A stretch of DNA of 56,246 nt from Macrostomum lignano (Eukaryota): NCBI GenBank assembly GCA_002269645.1, contig NIVC01004186.1, forward strand, positions 1 to 56,246, in the 5' to 3' direction. The translations under genes and the position numbers were made by a program. Below the pieces are notes generated by a model. It was not told where the DNA came from. It ran no database searches and saw nothing but the letters and a program-made list of their open reading frames with translations. This document shows, piece by piece, positions 19,821-32,248 of the stretch. How positions within the stretch are numbered: the stretch's first letter is position 1; every line of letters starts with the position of its first letter.

Positions 19821-22299
19821 TTAACCCCTACACTGCTGTTTGGAATTCTATTCATCAGTGTGGCTTACAGATTGCTTGATGGCTTGTGGATTTCAGCATA
19901 TTTTTTACACCCTCGTAGCCTGCGATAGCCGGCAGATTAGCTTATACTCGTAGCAGTAAAGGATAAACATGAAAGCAAAACACAAAGTGGAGTGGGGTAG
20001 ATGGATGGGTGGGTGGTATAAATGACACAGTAAAATTGTGGGATTCATCAAATCAAGAAAGCTTGAAGCTACATTATCAAAGTCAAGTGCCAATTAATTA
20101 ATTAAATCATCAGCAGCTTTTTTTAGTGCAATACTTTCCAAGTGTTGGACAGTGTTTGCATGGCTGCAGCTCAAGTGCAATTTGATCTGGATATTGACTC
20201 CAAACTAAAGGAGGAAGAAGCCTGGCTAACAGCGGACAAGGGTGAAGATAAAGAAGAGGAAGACCTGCATCTCCAGCCAAATGAAGACGCCGGAGGCTTG
20301 CCAAATGATGCTTGGGTGGCACGGGAAGCTGGGCAGGATCAACGGCCAGATGCAGAGCCTGAGTTCTTGGGAATGCCTGGTATCAATCCTGACTTACCGA
20401 AGCCAGAGACTGCCGATGACAATCCAGCTGCGTTTTTCAAGCTGTTTATGACTGCTGACTTGCTGCAACAGCTCTGCGCTTGGACCATGCAAGGGTGTGA
20501 TGCAAATTTGACCAGCTACAAGCATCAATGCCAAACCTGCCTCAAAGGTTCTCTGCATGAAAAGACGTGACTGTGGACAAGATAAAGAAGTTTGTCACCA
20601 TGTTGCTTTACATGGGAATAGATAAAAAGCCTGCGATAGCCAACTATTGGAGCAATGATGATTTCTACGCAATATCTTTCTTCCAACAACTCACTTGTCT
20701 GACAAAGGACAGGTACCAACAGATCAGTAGCCAGCTGCATTCTATGATTGCAACAACTTCATGGAAATGACCCGCTAGCAAAAGCAAGGCCATTTATCAC
20801 GCATATAGCTGAGATATGTCATAGTGTATACATGCCAGAAAAAGAAATTAGTGTTGACAAAGAGTGTGTTCTGTTCAGGGGATGCCTCATGTTTTGTCAA
20901 TATATTCCATCTAAGAAAGCGCAATATGGCATCAAACTGTATTGTCTCTACAAAGCTAGATCCAGTTACATCAGCAACTTGTTAGTGCACTCTAGTAGAG
21001 CTAAGAATGAGCGATTTGGTCAAGGTCTTGGGTGTGGGGGGCTGTCTCTGAGTGAGAAAGTCCTGGTGGAGGCAGTTAGGTATGTATTAGATTTAGGTTA
21101 TCACATCTTCTGCGATAGCTGGTTTGGATCTTATCATCTTGCGATGTATCTGCTGCAGTGGAGCACTATGATGACATGCACAATTTGCGCCAATTGCGGT
21201 GTCCCAGATAGCCTTTGTGGTATCCAGGAAAACCAAGCTCCAAGCTACATGTTTATGCGCAAAGGAAATGTGCTAGCGTTGAAAATAGTTGACAGGAAGA
21301 GCTTGGGCCTAAAGAAAGTTTACTTCCTTGACACGCAAGGTGTAGCCCAACTTCACCCTGTTCACTGAATTGTGCAAAACAAACTGATTATCCAGCAGAA
21401 GCAACAGACAGTTGTGTTGTATAACAGATTTATGGGTGGTGTCGACAGGCTGGACTCTGCCTTGCAGCCATACAACCCATGCTGGCGGACTTAGAAGTAA
21501 CCTACAAAGCTTGGCGTGCACCTTTTTTGTATTGGCCAGAAATGCCTGGGTTGTGTACTGATTGTGCAGAGGTACACTGGAGTTTTTTTTTTTGAGACCA
21601 TCATCAAGAACTTTATTGACTCCTTTGGACCAGGTTGTGTAAGAGCTGCTCGGGCATAGCAGCAGCCAGCAGTGGTAAAGTGCTAAAGCACATTGAAGCC
21701 ACTAAAGCGCAAGCCCAACCAACGAAGTGGTGCAGGCAGTGCTACAAGAATAGCCAGGCCAAGAAAATAGTCTTCTGCTGCGGCTCATGTGAAGGCAACC
21801 CTGGACTGTGTGCAGCCCCCTGCTTTGCCAACTGGCATGCCGCTCAGGTGTAACTTAAATTTGTTTTTAGTTTTCAAAGCCAAAGGCAGCTCATATTTAA
21901 TTGACAAACAATATGTGGCATAACTTTGGTTTCTCACTCTAAATTATTTTCCGGATTCTTTAAAACTTAGTCTAAAAATTTAAAACAAGTAAAAAAGGTA
22001 AAAGGTAAAAAGTGAACATGACACAATGTTGTAGTCCAAAATCCAAACATGCTTGGGCACAACCTTGGGATTCACCTGGCCATTTCTATTGGCAACACAC
22101 ACATGTAAGTCGCTATTGGACGGAATAGTAGTCACGTGACTGCTCTCAGCCAATAGCGACTTACATGTGTGTGTTGCCAATAGAAACAGCTGGGTGATTC
22201 CCAAAGTTGCAAATGTATGAATCTAAAGCAGGAATATGAAGCAGATTTCTGAATTCCTAATCTGGAAAGGCCGGAAAATAATCAGTAAAGCAGGTTTAA
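19821..22299 (+). mobile_element. Degenerate piggyBac transposon
   Basis: TTAA-CCCCTACACTGCTG left end (19821). The candidate right end cagtaaagcaggt-TTAA (22296-22299) matches only imperfectly. Contains a transposase pseudogene. Confidence 0.7.
20160..21853 (+). pseudogene. piggyBac (PGBD-like) transposase pseudogene
   Basis: Motifs EISVDKEC (D ~20856), YIPSKKAQYGIKLY, YHIFCDSWF (D ~21114), YNRFMGGVDRLD (D 21444) and a C-terminal Cys-rich domain CRQC...CGSC...LCAAPCFANWH. Multiple frameshifts and stops. Confidence 0.9.
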
Positions 22300-22936
22300 A
22301 AGCATTAAAGTATTAATTTGGTGACTTAAATTAATTAAAGTATTAATTAATTAGTATTAATTTCTGAAAAAACAAGAAAATAATTTAGAGCAAGAAACTG
22401 AAGTTATACCCAAAATGCCATCTGGTTACAAACAGGTTATGTTATTATTGCTGTTTAGCTGTTAAAAATTGTTTATACATTATAGCAATTTATCTTCTTG
22501 ATTTTTACTGTTTCTTATTAAAAATGACTATATCAGATAGAAAAACTCATTGACCATGATCTATAAAATGTTTTCTGTATAGAAAATAGTTATGGCCTGC
22601 TCAGTAGGCCAAAGCTGCAAGCTACGGTTATGTAGACTTATTTTTCGAAATAGCATCAAAATGATTTACAAGCCATAGGCCTAGACCATGAGCTATGGCC
22701 TGCAGAGCAAGCCACCCGCATCCTTGGGTTTAAAGACTCAGTGGGCAGATTCTAGAAGGTAAAGACCCAATGAAAGGGGGATAATTGAGGTAGATGAAGT
22801 AATTGAAAGGGTAGAGTAATTGAAAGGGATAACCTATGGCCTGTGGTCTTGAACTAAAAACTCATTTAGCTCTCAAATGGAAAAAAAGGTTGCCAACCCC
22901 TATTTTAGGCCTATTCATAATCATGCTTGGGTGCAA

Positions 22937-23606
22937 CCTAGGGTTTTTTGTGCGCAGTGTGCGTATGCTCCCTAAATTTTAAAATCGCACCTTGAAATTA
23001 AAAAAGTAGGTGCAGTTTAGGTGCGGTCTTATAACCATTTTTCTTTAAAGGCTTAACCATGCTTAACATACATGCGCAACCTCCAAAATTCGGTTGGCCA
23101 TGCGACTTAGTTTAAACAAAAATGTGACATAGTTTTTGGCCAAAAATGTGACTTACATGTAAAAAACCCTAATGCAAAATTAACGCAACTTTGGGTAAGC
23201 GGCAGGAGTAACTATGACAGTCTGATTAAGTCAAAATGCCTAATTAGCTACTTAGTACTACTACTTCTGTATTTTTTTGGGTGGGCATTTTTGCAACTTT
23301 CTTGGTTGGCCACCAAATTGGTCGGGCAGATCGGCCGACTCGGCCAACTGTTGCACATGTATGATGCTTAAGCTATTTTTCATGCACTGCCTTAAAATAT
23401 GAAACAAAATAACTCTTTAACTCCTATTAAGTTATATAGGCAATATAGCCTATGGCATGGCTATAGCCTTATGTAAGATATTAAAATATACATTCCCAGT
23501 TGTCTAAAACAAGACTCAAGAGAAATTGCACTCTGAGCCTTAAAATTGCACCTTGAAATTTGGCACAAGGTGTGATTTTGTACCTTGTCTCTGGCAAAAA
23601 AACCCA
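22937..23606. mobile_element. Small MITE cluster (tagggttttttg / caaaaaaaccca ends)
   Basis: Imperfect TIRs flanked by the direct repeat ggtgcaac. A nested inverted pair catacatgcgcaac / gttgcacatgtatg lies inside. Confidence 0.45.
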
Positions 23607-24636
23607 GGTGCAACCTAGGGTTTTACCTAGCCGTGTCTATTAGCAACATACATATGTAAGTTGCTATTGGATGGAATAGTAGTCATGTAACTGCTCTCAG
23701 CTAATTAGCAACTTACATGTTGCATATGTACAAGGCTTGTCCCAGAAATAGTGGGAAAAACTGGTATAGAAGCTGACTGACTATGATATTCAAATTTGAT
23801 GCAACTTGCATCATAAGTAGAAAAAAATCCAATGGTTGCTTTGCTTTTTAAATGGGGTAAAAATGTCAATTCATTCAAAAGTTATGCCTATAATTAGAAC
23901 AAGGGGTAGGGGGTAGAGTCACACTGTAACGTGGCATTAAACATGACATGACATTTACTTTGATAATTTACATTGATATTGCATAGCTAGCTATATAACC
24001 TATATTAAAACAAGTTATTATTTTTGTAATCAATTATTATCAGTTATCTTTTATGGATAAATATTATTTATTATTATCAAACAATTTTCTATTTCTACTT
24101 GTACAATAACTAAGCAAAGAGAAGTTTATTGCGAAAATATACCACAGTTTGGACCATTAGCTATCATTATAGATATCATAATTATACTTTGTGGTCGTGG
24201 TGGAAGCTGGATGCAGATGTTTCAATACATTTGATATCGGGATCCCGGGATCCTGGGATTTTTTTGAACTTCGAAGCAGGATCCCGGGATTACTCTCAGT
24301 CGGGATTTTCCGGGATTAGTGATCCCCCCGGGATTTTAAACCATTGGGATTTCAGGATTTCTCAATCCTGGGATTGTAAATTGTCGGGATTTTGGAATCC
24401 CTAATCACCATAACAATAAGAAATGTCATAAATCTGAAAGATTAAAATTTGGAATTGGCATTAAAAATCTAGATTGATTGTTGTAAATTGAAAATGGATC
24501 TAATTTTTTGAAAGAAAATAACAATGCCAAGAGCCAGCAACAAAAAAGAAACATAGTAAAAAGTATTTTAAAAGAATAAAAACTTAATTCTGATATTTTA
24601 AGTTCGAAGTGTTGAACTATGGTCATTCATTCCATG

Positions 24637-24667
<31 letters not shown>

Positions 24668-25574
24668 GAACGATGAATGAATCATGGATCATCATGGATA
24701 ATCGTATCGGATTTTCAAGGAAAACAACAAACTCGAATTAAAGCTGTATGCATTTTAAAGTAACAAAAGTATTTAAATTACTATGCTTACAGCCAAATGG
24801 CTTTAAAAAATAATTTTTAAGAATTAAAAACTGTGTGTTGCATTAAAAGACAAGTGAAAACTTTTAACTATGTTTGCTGTGATTAAATAGATGCATGACG
24901 AAATGTTATACAGCTACAGCATTGACTATACTATACTTTTACATTGCAACTACGAGAATTACCAGCCGTCTTTCATCAATGGCTGGCATTTCAGGCACCT
25001 TTTCGGTCTGTGAATCGATGGTCACCTGCTTTTTAACTTCATACATTGTTGCCATGCAGTGATGTTTTTGTCAGCGCCCCCTGCCGTGTTTGTCTCGCCA
25101 CAGATATTAACCATCATCGTCTTGGATGCTCCTTTAGCTGTTCCGGCAGAACCTGATACTATCTCAGTTTCATGCTCTTCCATTGGCAACGATCGAACTG
25201 GAGCAGGATGCAGGAGCAGAATTAAAGCATGAGCTTTCGAGCCAGCTGCATGGAGATACATGTAATGGCGCGCTAAATCACTTCTGCTGGGAAAGAGACT
25301 CACCGTATATAACGCTCCAGAGCCCCGCTGCTGTGTTCGGTGACACGCGCTATATATATCCACTACTACACATCAAGCCTGTCGTTGGAGAGAGTACATG
25401 TACTACATGTACGTCATGCACACACGTCCTGCAGAGATTGGTTGGAACGATTAACGCGAGCTGAGCGATAATCTTTAATACGGAACCACAGCTTCTCCTG
25501 CTTAATTGCTATCAAAAAAACAATTTGCTCTGCAGCTTTGACCCCCGTTCGACTGCAAACCTTATCTTTCTACA

Positions 25575-27354
25575 CCTGGCGGTAAAAATCACGTCAAAAT
25601 GACGTCGATATTCGACTTTCAAAAACTAGCGACTAATGAGTTGTCGTTTGAACCTTCATTCGACGTCGAAATTTCGATATTAATTTTTTTATCCCTCAAT
25701 TTGCAGAATTGATCAGTAATAAGTATTTAAAAATATTTTTCCAACGTTGCTTTAAGTTAACTTAAAGGACAAATTAATTCAGTGTAAAACAGACACGATA
25801 ATTTTTGTTTACAACGCATAAGATACACATTTTTTTAAAAATATCGCCATGCGATGTCGATTATCGATCGCATCTCGATTATTTGTCATATTGTAGACTT
25901 ATAAATTAATTTTAGTGTATTTCATAATCGTATATATTTTCTGTATTACACTTGGCAATTCATTCCTTTCATTATGTAATTTGTGTTGCATTATTTTTGT
26001 TGCTATTAATGTGCGTTAAAAATTTTGTGTTTAGTTTGATGTTTTATAATACTGCCGCTGACTACTATATACATGTAGGATTTTATACAGGACAAATGAA
26101 TTAATATCAAAGTAGCCATAAACTAGAAACTTTTACTTTTTAGTGCAGCCTATTGGAAATATTAATAGTGTAACAATGAACAGTGATGGATTCAATCCTC
26201 ATACTCGTAAATGTTAAAAGGGCACAACTCTATGTAAAGTATATATTTGTTTTGAAACAAATTTTTGAGAAATGTATTAAAATATAATTTTAACTTAAAA
26301 TTCATTTATATATGCATTCTAAGGAATGTTTGTTACATTCAAAGACAAAAAGCATAGCCCACCCATAGCTGCATGAATTACTACTTATACCATAATTATC
26401 TTAACTTTTTCTATGTAGGGAAAACAGGAGATACTATAATATGTAGCTATGCTATAAAAAGTTAAAAACTCTATTGTAAATGCTCTATGAGGTCTGGGAT
26501 TATATTTAGAACATATTGTATTGTATTTCAATATTGTATATATATTGTAATTTTTTTCAGAAATTTATTTTATTTCAAGTATTTTACTTGTTTAGTAAAG
26601 CCACCTCCTACTCTACCAAAAATTTTCAGCAAATACCCATCTCAACTTGGCGGCCAAGGACGTCCTATGCGACGGCAGAAGACTGCGCTTTTTAGGGGTG
26701 CAGAAAAGCTGACTTTTCCACAAGGAGTAAACGCGCTGACGCCATTGATTTTCAATGTTTCCCATTTATGATTCCAATTTGTTGAATTTGTTGCATTTGT
26801 TGCCATTGTTGTTCCTCATTTTCCATCGTTTACTTTCTGTTCCTGATAGCTTGATGCTATTTCTATGATTATATTTCAAATTGCTAGTGAATTGAATACA
26901 CTGTATACTTTTTTCATGGTTGCGAGATAATAATTGCATCTATGGTTTGGATGTATATCAAATGAAACGTCATGCAGTCTTGATTGGCATTTTTATGCTT
27001 TATTTCGTTCCTCTTAGGGTAGATTATAGCTAGTGTATGAATTAACATTATGTTTACATATGTTTTAATAGTGTTGTAACACAATTGTATGAAACAATGA
27101 ACTAGCATATTATTAACTAATAATGATACTATAGTATATAGATAAAAAATCGAAAATTTGTCGAAAATCGCCATCAGCTTGCTGACATCACGAATATAAA
27201 CGACGTCGACTTTTCGCCATCAGTAGTGGAAAACGCGACGTCGCATACTCGTCGTCTGATGGCGAAACATTCGACGTCGAAATCGGGGTTCAAATCGACA
27301 TGAAATTTCGACGTCGCTTTTCGACGTCATTTCGACGTGATTTTTACCGCCGGG
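25575..27354. mobile_element. Non-autonomous CMC/EnSpm (CACTA-like) DNA element
   Basis: ~34-bp TIRs cc(t/c)ggcggtaaaaatcacgtc(a/g)aaatgacgtcga, 2-bp TSD CA on both sides, subterminal gacgtc repeats, AT-rich non-coding interior. Confidence 0.75.
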
Positions 27355-29749
27355 CATGTAGCTCGTACAAAACGTGACAGGTATAGCCGCGTAGTAGAAT
27401 AAACGGGGAATAAACTATACTTCTACAAGCCTATTGTGCAGCAATAACATCAACAGCGCAAAAACAATTAATACGCAGCCCCTCATGCAAAGATCACAGT
27501 AGTGAGAGCAGGATTCGGAAGGGCCGTTCGATTCGGACCTGACCCCGCCTTGCTGAACGGGCCTGTTGCAAGGTGAGAGCAGCAGGAAGTCCTGAACAGG
27601 TCGAGGGCTAGGTACGAGAATAATTACGAGGGGCTAGCCCGAACTCGGCCTGTACTAAGGCAGAGAGATACAGTGTACGACTGCAGAGAGTTGACGAAGC
27701 CTCTTTGGCGTTTATTAGATCGATACGCAGGTTAAATACGATACATGTACAACGATTGTTTACATAACTGGGTAATAAAATATGAGACAGAGGGGGTGAG
27801 TGAAAAGCACGTGTACTTAATAGCAACCCCCAACTCCGCTCTAGCGACTTGCGCATACGAAGTACACTTGCAACTTACTACAGCAGGACGCGTCCTGAAC
27901 AGGTTGGGGCTGTAGCTCTCGGCCCGGATCACGCTACCCGCAAGTTGAAGTCGCCGCCGGCGGCGCAGGAATTGGACAGGCGCTGCAGCTTGTCCCTATC
28001 GATTTGTTGTGCCAGCATAGACATGCACTTAGCAAGCGTACGTCTATGTTGCATAGTGCTTGCAGAAAATCAATTAAGACAATTAACCCCTACGCCTGTA
28101 ACGTGTCTAAATTAAATTGATGTTTCCACTTGTTTAAATAAAAAAAGCGGCTCGCTCAAAATATTTGATAGAAGATAAAAGGTTTAGTAATCCCTCTGTA
28201 ATTTTCTACAAAAATTAGAAAACGCATGCAATCGCGCAAGTTTCATTTATACTGAGCAACATCGAAAAGTCGCCATCACACGGAAGATTCCGTCTGTGGT
28301 CGCCACTTCTGAGAGTGCAGGTATAAAAGTCTCTCATCTTTACTAGTGACGTAACTTAGTTTACTCTGCGGCCGAAGCTAGAGTTGAGGAATGAAGTGGG
28401 GGGGAGCGGTGTGCGAGGCTTGGACGGATTAAAGCTACCCCGATCGGTTTTGTCGTATCTTTTATTTCATCAAACCAAAGAAAATACATCAGTAAACGTT
28501 TGCCAACACAATCAGGCGAATTATAACCAGGCGTGTCAGTATTTTATTTGCTCAATATACGGGCGCAGCACTACTAATGCTACAATTGTAATTGACATTA
28601 CGAGTACTTGCAGAAAACTGGCGTCGCATATAAGTGTCTTCCTTAAACGTCATAAGCGTGAAGTCCTCGTTTAATCATCGTTGCCACATCGGGTTGGTTG
28701 TCAGTTGATGGAGCTCGCTTTTGGGATTGTCGGATCTCCTTCCAACGCGCTCGAACCCCCGATATTTCGGTTTGTCGACTCGGCGACCGGAATGACAGCA
28801 GCTTATTGACTCGAACATCAGGCTCAGCAGGAGCACAAGGCATAGGCCCTTCCGATCGAATAGGTTTACTAAAATAGAAAGATTACTTCGAAGTATTAAA
28901 AACGTTAAGCATGCGGCACTGAAAGTGAGGGCCAGTTTTGAAAAGCACAGCCAACAGGGCTAAAGTGGAATGCCGAATAAAATACTCTTATGAATGTTTT
29001 ATATATTAAAATCATAACAACTGTTTTGAAATCGCAAAATATCTTTCTAAAAGTTTTGCTGAAATGTCGACCAGGGGATTGTGATGATTATTTGATGATG
29101 AGAGTTGATGATTTTCTCCCATAAGAACCAACGCCCAATCGCTTAGAGTGCAAGCAGCCTGACTATGAGACAATCGAAAACAAAAAACAGATACTGTATC
29201 TGTATCCGTACGACCGTACTCCGGAAATCTTCCAGCCAGGTTCATTCTCATCTACTTGACCGGGCGAGGGATTCCCCCCTATTTGTGGTGAGGACCCCTT
29301 CACATCAGTTTGTGATTTTTTGTGTGTTTGTGCTTTATTTTATGCGTCATTTTAAAGCAAATTGCGACCTAAAAAATAATCAAAGCTTGATGCCAAACTA
29401 TTAAAACTGTAACGAACACAGAACTATTCAAATATCGAGAGACTTCCAACTCAAACGATAAATATTCTGTCAAATATGGTATATGCATGCGACTCGCGGT
29501 TACCTCGGCGAGGTTTCGGTCGTCTGTCGACGTCGCTGGGAAATTGGATACTCTCAGTCTCTCAAACTGCATTGACGTTCATCAGACGAAGGCATTTTTA
29601 AGCCTAATGCGACTCAAAAAAGTATTCGTAGGTTGCTATTTCAGAAACGAATTTTCTGTCAGATTTGTTACAATCTAATTAAATAAAATTGCAATGAACG
29701 CCGAACTACTTAAAATCAAGTGACTTCGAATTCAAACGAAAAAATCAGC

Positions 29750-30131
<382 letters not shown>

Positions 30132-30394
30132 TATATCAAATTTTACCTATCTAATACGCGCGCCTATTCCCATTAGCTCAATGACTACGTCACATCAGGA
30201 TGGTGCATGCTCATTCAGCTAAAATCCAAGTATGAACCGTGATTCGTGTGCAGAAGAAAGGAAGAAAAAGAGCAACAGCAATTAACTTAAAGAGTTTTGT
30301 TGTCATACATTTCGGGAGATGGAGCACTGTCACAACACTCACATACTGTGCGTTCTCTAGAAACGCTTTAAGTAACATGCTGAGTCGCAAGAAT

Positions 30395-32248
30395 TCAATA
30401 CGGTCTGGCCAGCTGTCTCAGCTGCAGCTGGCGAATCTTCTCGTCCAGCTCTCGCTTCAACTCGGTGTCGGGGCTGCAGTACTTCTCAGCCACCAGCAGC
30501 TCCTGCTCGTCTGCGTCTTCTCGTTGAGACACATCCTCAATCCATTCCGCCGCGGCATCCTCGCTTTCAGTCCCCAGCTCGAGTCTCAGAGCCCACACCA
30601 GCGCGTCGAAGTTCATGTAGAAAAATGAGACACTGTTAAGCCCCATCTGCAGCGGAAAGCACTCAGCCAGGGCACCAGTCACGAACTGAAGCTGAGGACG
30701 CTGCTCAAACCGCAAGCAGAACTTCCAAGCCGAGTCACAGCTCAGTAGGTGTTGCCACACAGCCTCGGGTGTAGCCTCAGACAGTGACCTCTCAGCAGGC
30801 CAATCGATACCTCTGCTCACCTCGTGACCTCGGCAGTCGCCTATGACTTTTGCTGCGGCATGTCGGTTGCCAAACTTGAGACAGGCCAGCGCTTTGAGGG
30901 CCTCCCGCGCCGAGCGGGCGCAGTTTGGCAATCTGGCGATCAGCTCTGTCAGTGACGCTAGCGAGCTCGCGTTGACAATGCCATGGGAAAGGCGCAACAG
31001 ACAGCTGTTAATTACGTCCGGAATCTCCCAGTATTCGATACTGCTAGAATCGCTTACCGGATTAGACATTACAATTGGCAGGATTAGAAATGGATGAAAG
31101 TAGAATCTGGCCGAATCATCCAGCGGCTTGAGACTGTTCTTAAACTGCATCAGCAGCGATGGCAGCTGATCAATCACTATTCTCAGGGTGTCTGCAATGT
31201 TTTTCAGTGTCGACTCGATTGAGGATTTTTTGTTGTCAACGCCTTTGAGATATAACGCGGCATCCTTAAAAAAAAATGGCTCAGGACTTGACCATGAATA
31301 TTGTCAGGAGTGCAGCTGCTCTCAACACTGTCAGCTAGCATCTGCATTGATTGCCTTGTGAGATTGACGAGATTTTCTGGCCGCCATTCCTCGGGCGATG
31401 TTTTCTCCAGCATTCGAAACGTGATGGTTTTTACATGGTACGGCTTGACGCCCTTCACATTGTAGCCAGACTCGTGCGTTATCACCTTCTTGACGAGGTA
31501 CTTCAGTGCGATGAACATCTGACCCTGGACTGTGTTGAGACTTCGCAGTAGCAGTCTCTCAAGGAAGCTGGTGCTCACCCGAAGCTCATGGCCACCTCGA
31601 CCAGGAGAAGCAGCGTGCACCACGTGACAGGGCGATGTATCAAAAGCGTCAATGTGCTGCTGAAGTGACCGCAGCACCGGCTTGGGAATTTTGGACTTGG
31701 ACACTCGATCTGGCAGCAGTGGCGCGATGGCCGGGTAGCTGCATAGACGACTGGCGACCACGTGGTCCACCGCCGGTCTCAGATTGGATCCGTATGATGC
31801 TTCAGACGGGTTCGATGCTGCAATGCAAATTGTATCAATCACTTTTTGCAGACGAACCTGTGCTACATGCTACTGATGAATGTTTATTTCCAAGCTCTTA
31901 CCAAATCCGGGGCACACAATGTGACCGTTGCGGAACTCTTGCTGAACAACCGCGCCGCCGCACTTGCACACTCCCCTAGGATGGTAGAGCTTGCCCGCAA
32001 TCAGCCGCATCATGTCGATGTCCGACTCGATGTCCGTTCTACCGTCCACCGTTTTCAAATTGTTTCCCCAGCCTTCTGAGTAGCTACCAACAACATAGAT
32101 TCCATTGTTGTTTAGTCTTTTTCTTAGGATCTTCTGCAGTACGTCCGCAACTGAGGTTTGCAGAGCGGCTCTGGAGTCTAAGAATCCGGACTGGGAAAGT
32201 TTCGCGTGCAACTGCAGGCTGAGCTCGGCATCGCTTGGCGGAACAGCA
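30395..32248 (-). CDS. Mab-21/cGAS-like nucleotidyltransferase domain plus helical C-terminal extension
   Basis: YVVGSYSEG (GS at 32088-32083), SDID (32022-32014), third acidic residue in AVDHV (31767). Mab-21 C-lobe motifs ELRVSTSFLERLLL, VKPYHVKTITFRMLE, EEWRPENL, SHFF. Confidence 0.88.

Larger units (their letters stand above)
19300..22902. mobile_element. Non-autonomous hAT element with nested piggyBac
   Basis: TIRs caagggttggcaacct and aggttgccaaccccta. 8-bp flanks ttctaggc / ttttaggc (7/8 TSD). The internal repeat gcagattctagagggtaaagaccc occurs on both sides of the piggyBac. Confidence 0.75.

Noticed and set aside
24237-24403. gggatcccg-rich segment resembling a hAT MITE
   Set aside because: Only one terminus (ggaatcccta) is visible, and no TSD.
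25022-25464. GC-richer island with 113-aa and 93-aa ORFs
   Set aside because: Exon-like signals exist (25197-25026, minus strand), but there is no recognisable motif or partner exon, so it is not supportable as a feature.
27500-27620. GTTCGATTC box B-like motif and GGAAGTCC (RNase P/MRP-like)
   Set aside because: No box A, cloverleaf or other conserved regions could be found, and part of the segment is locally duplicated.
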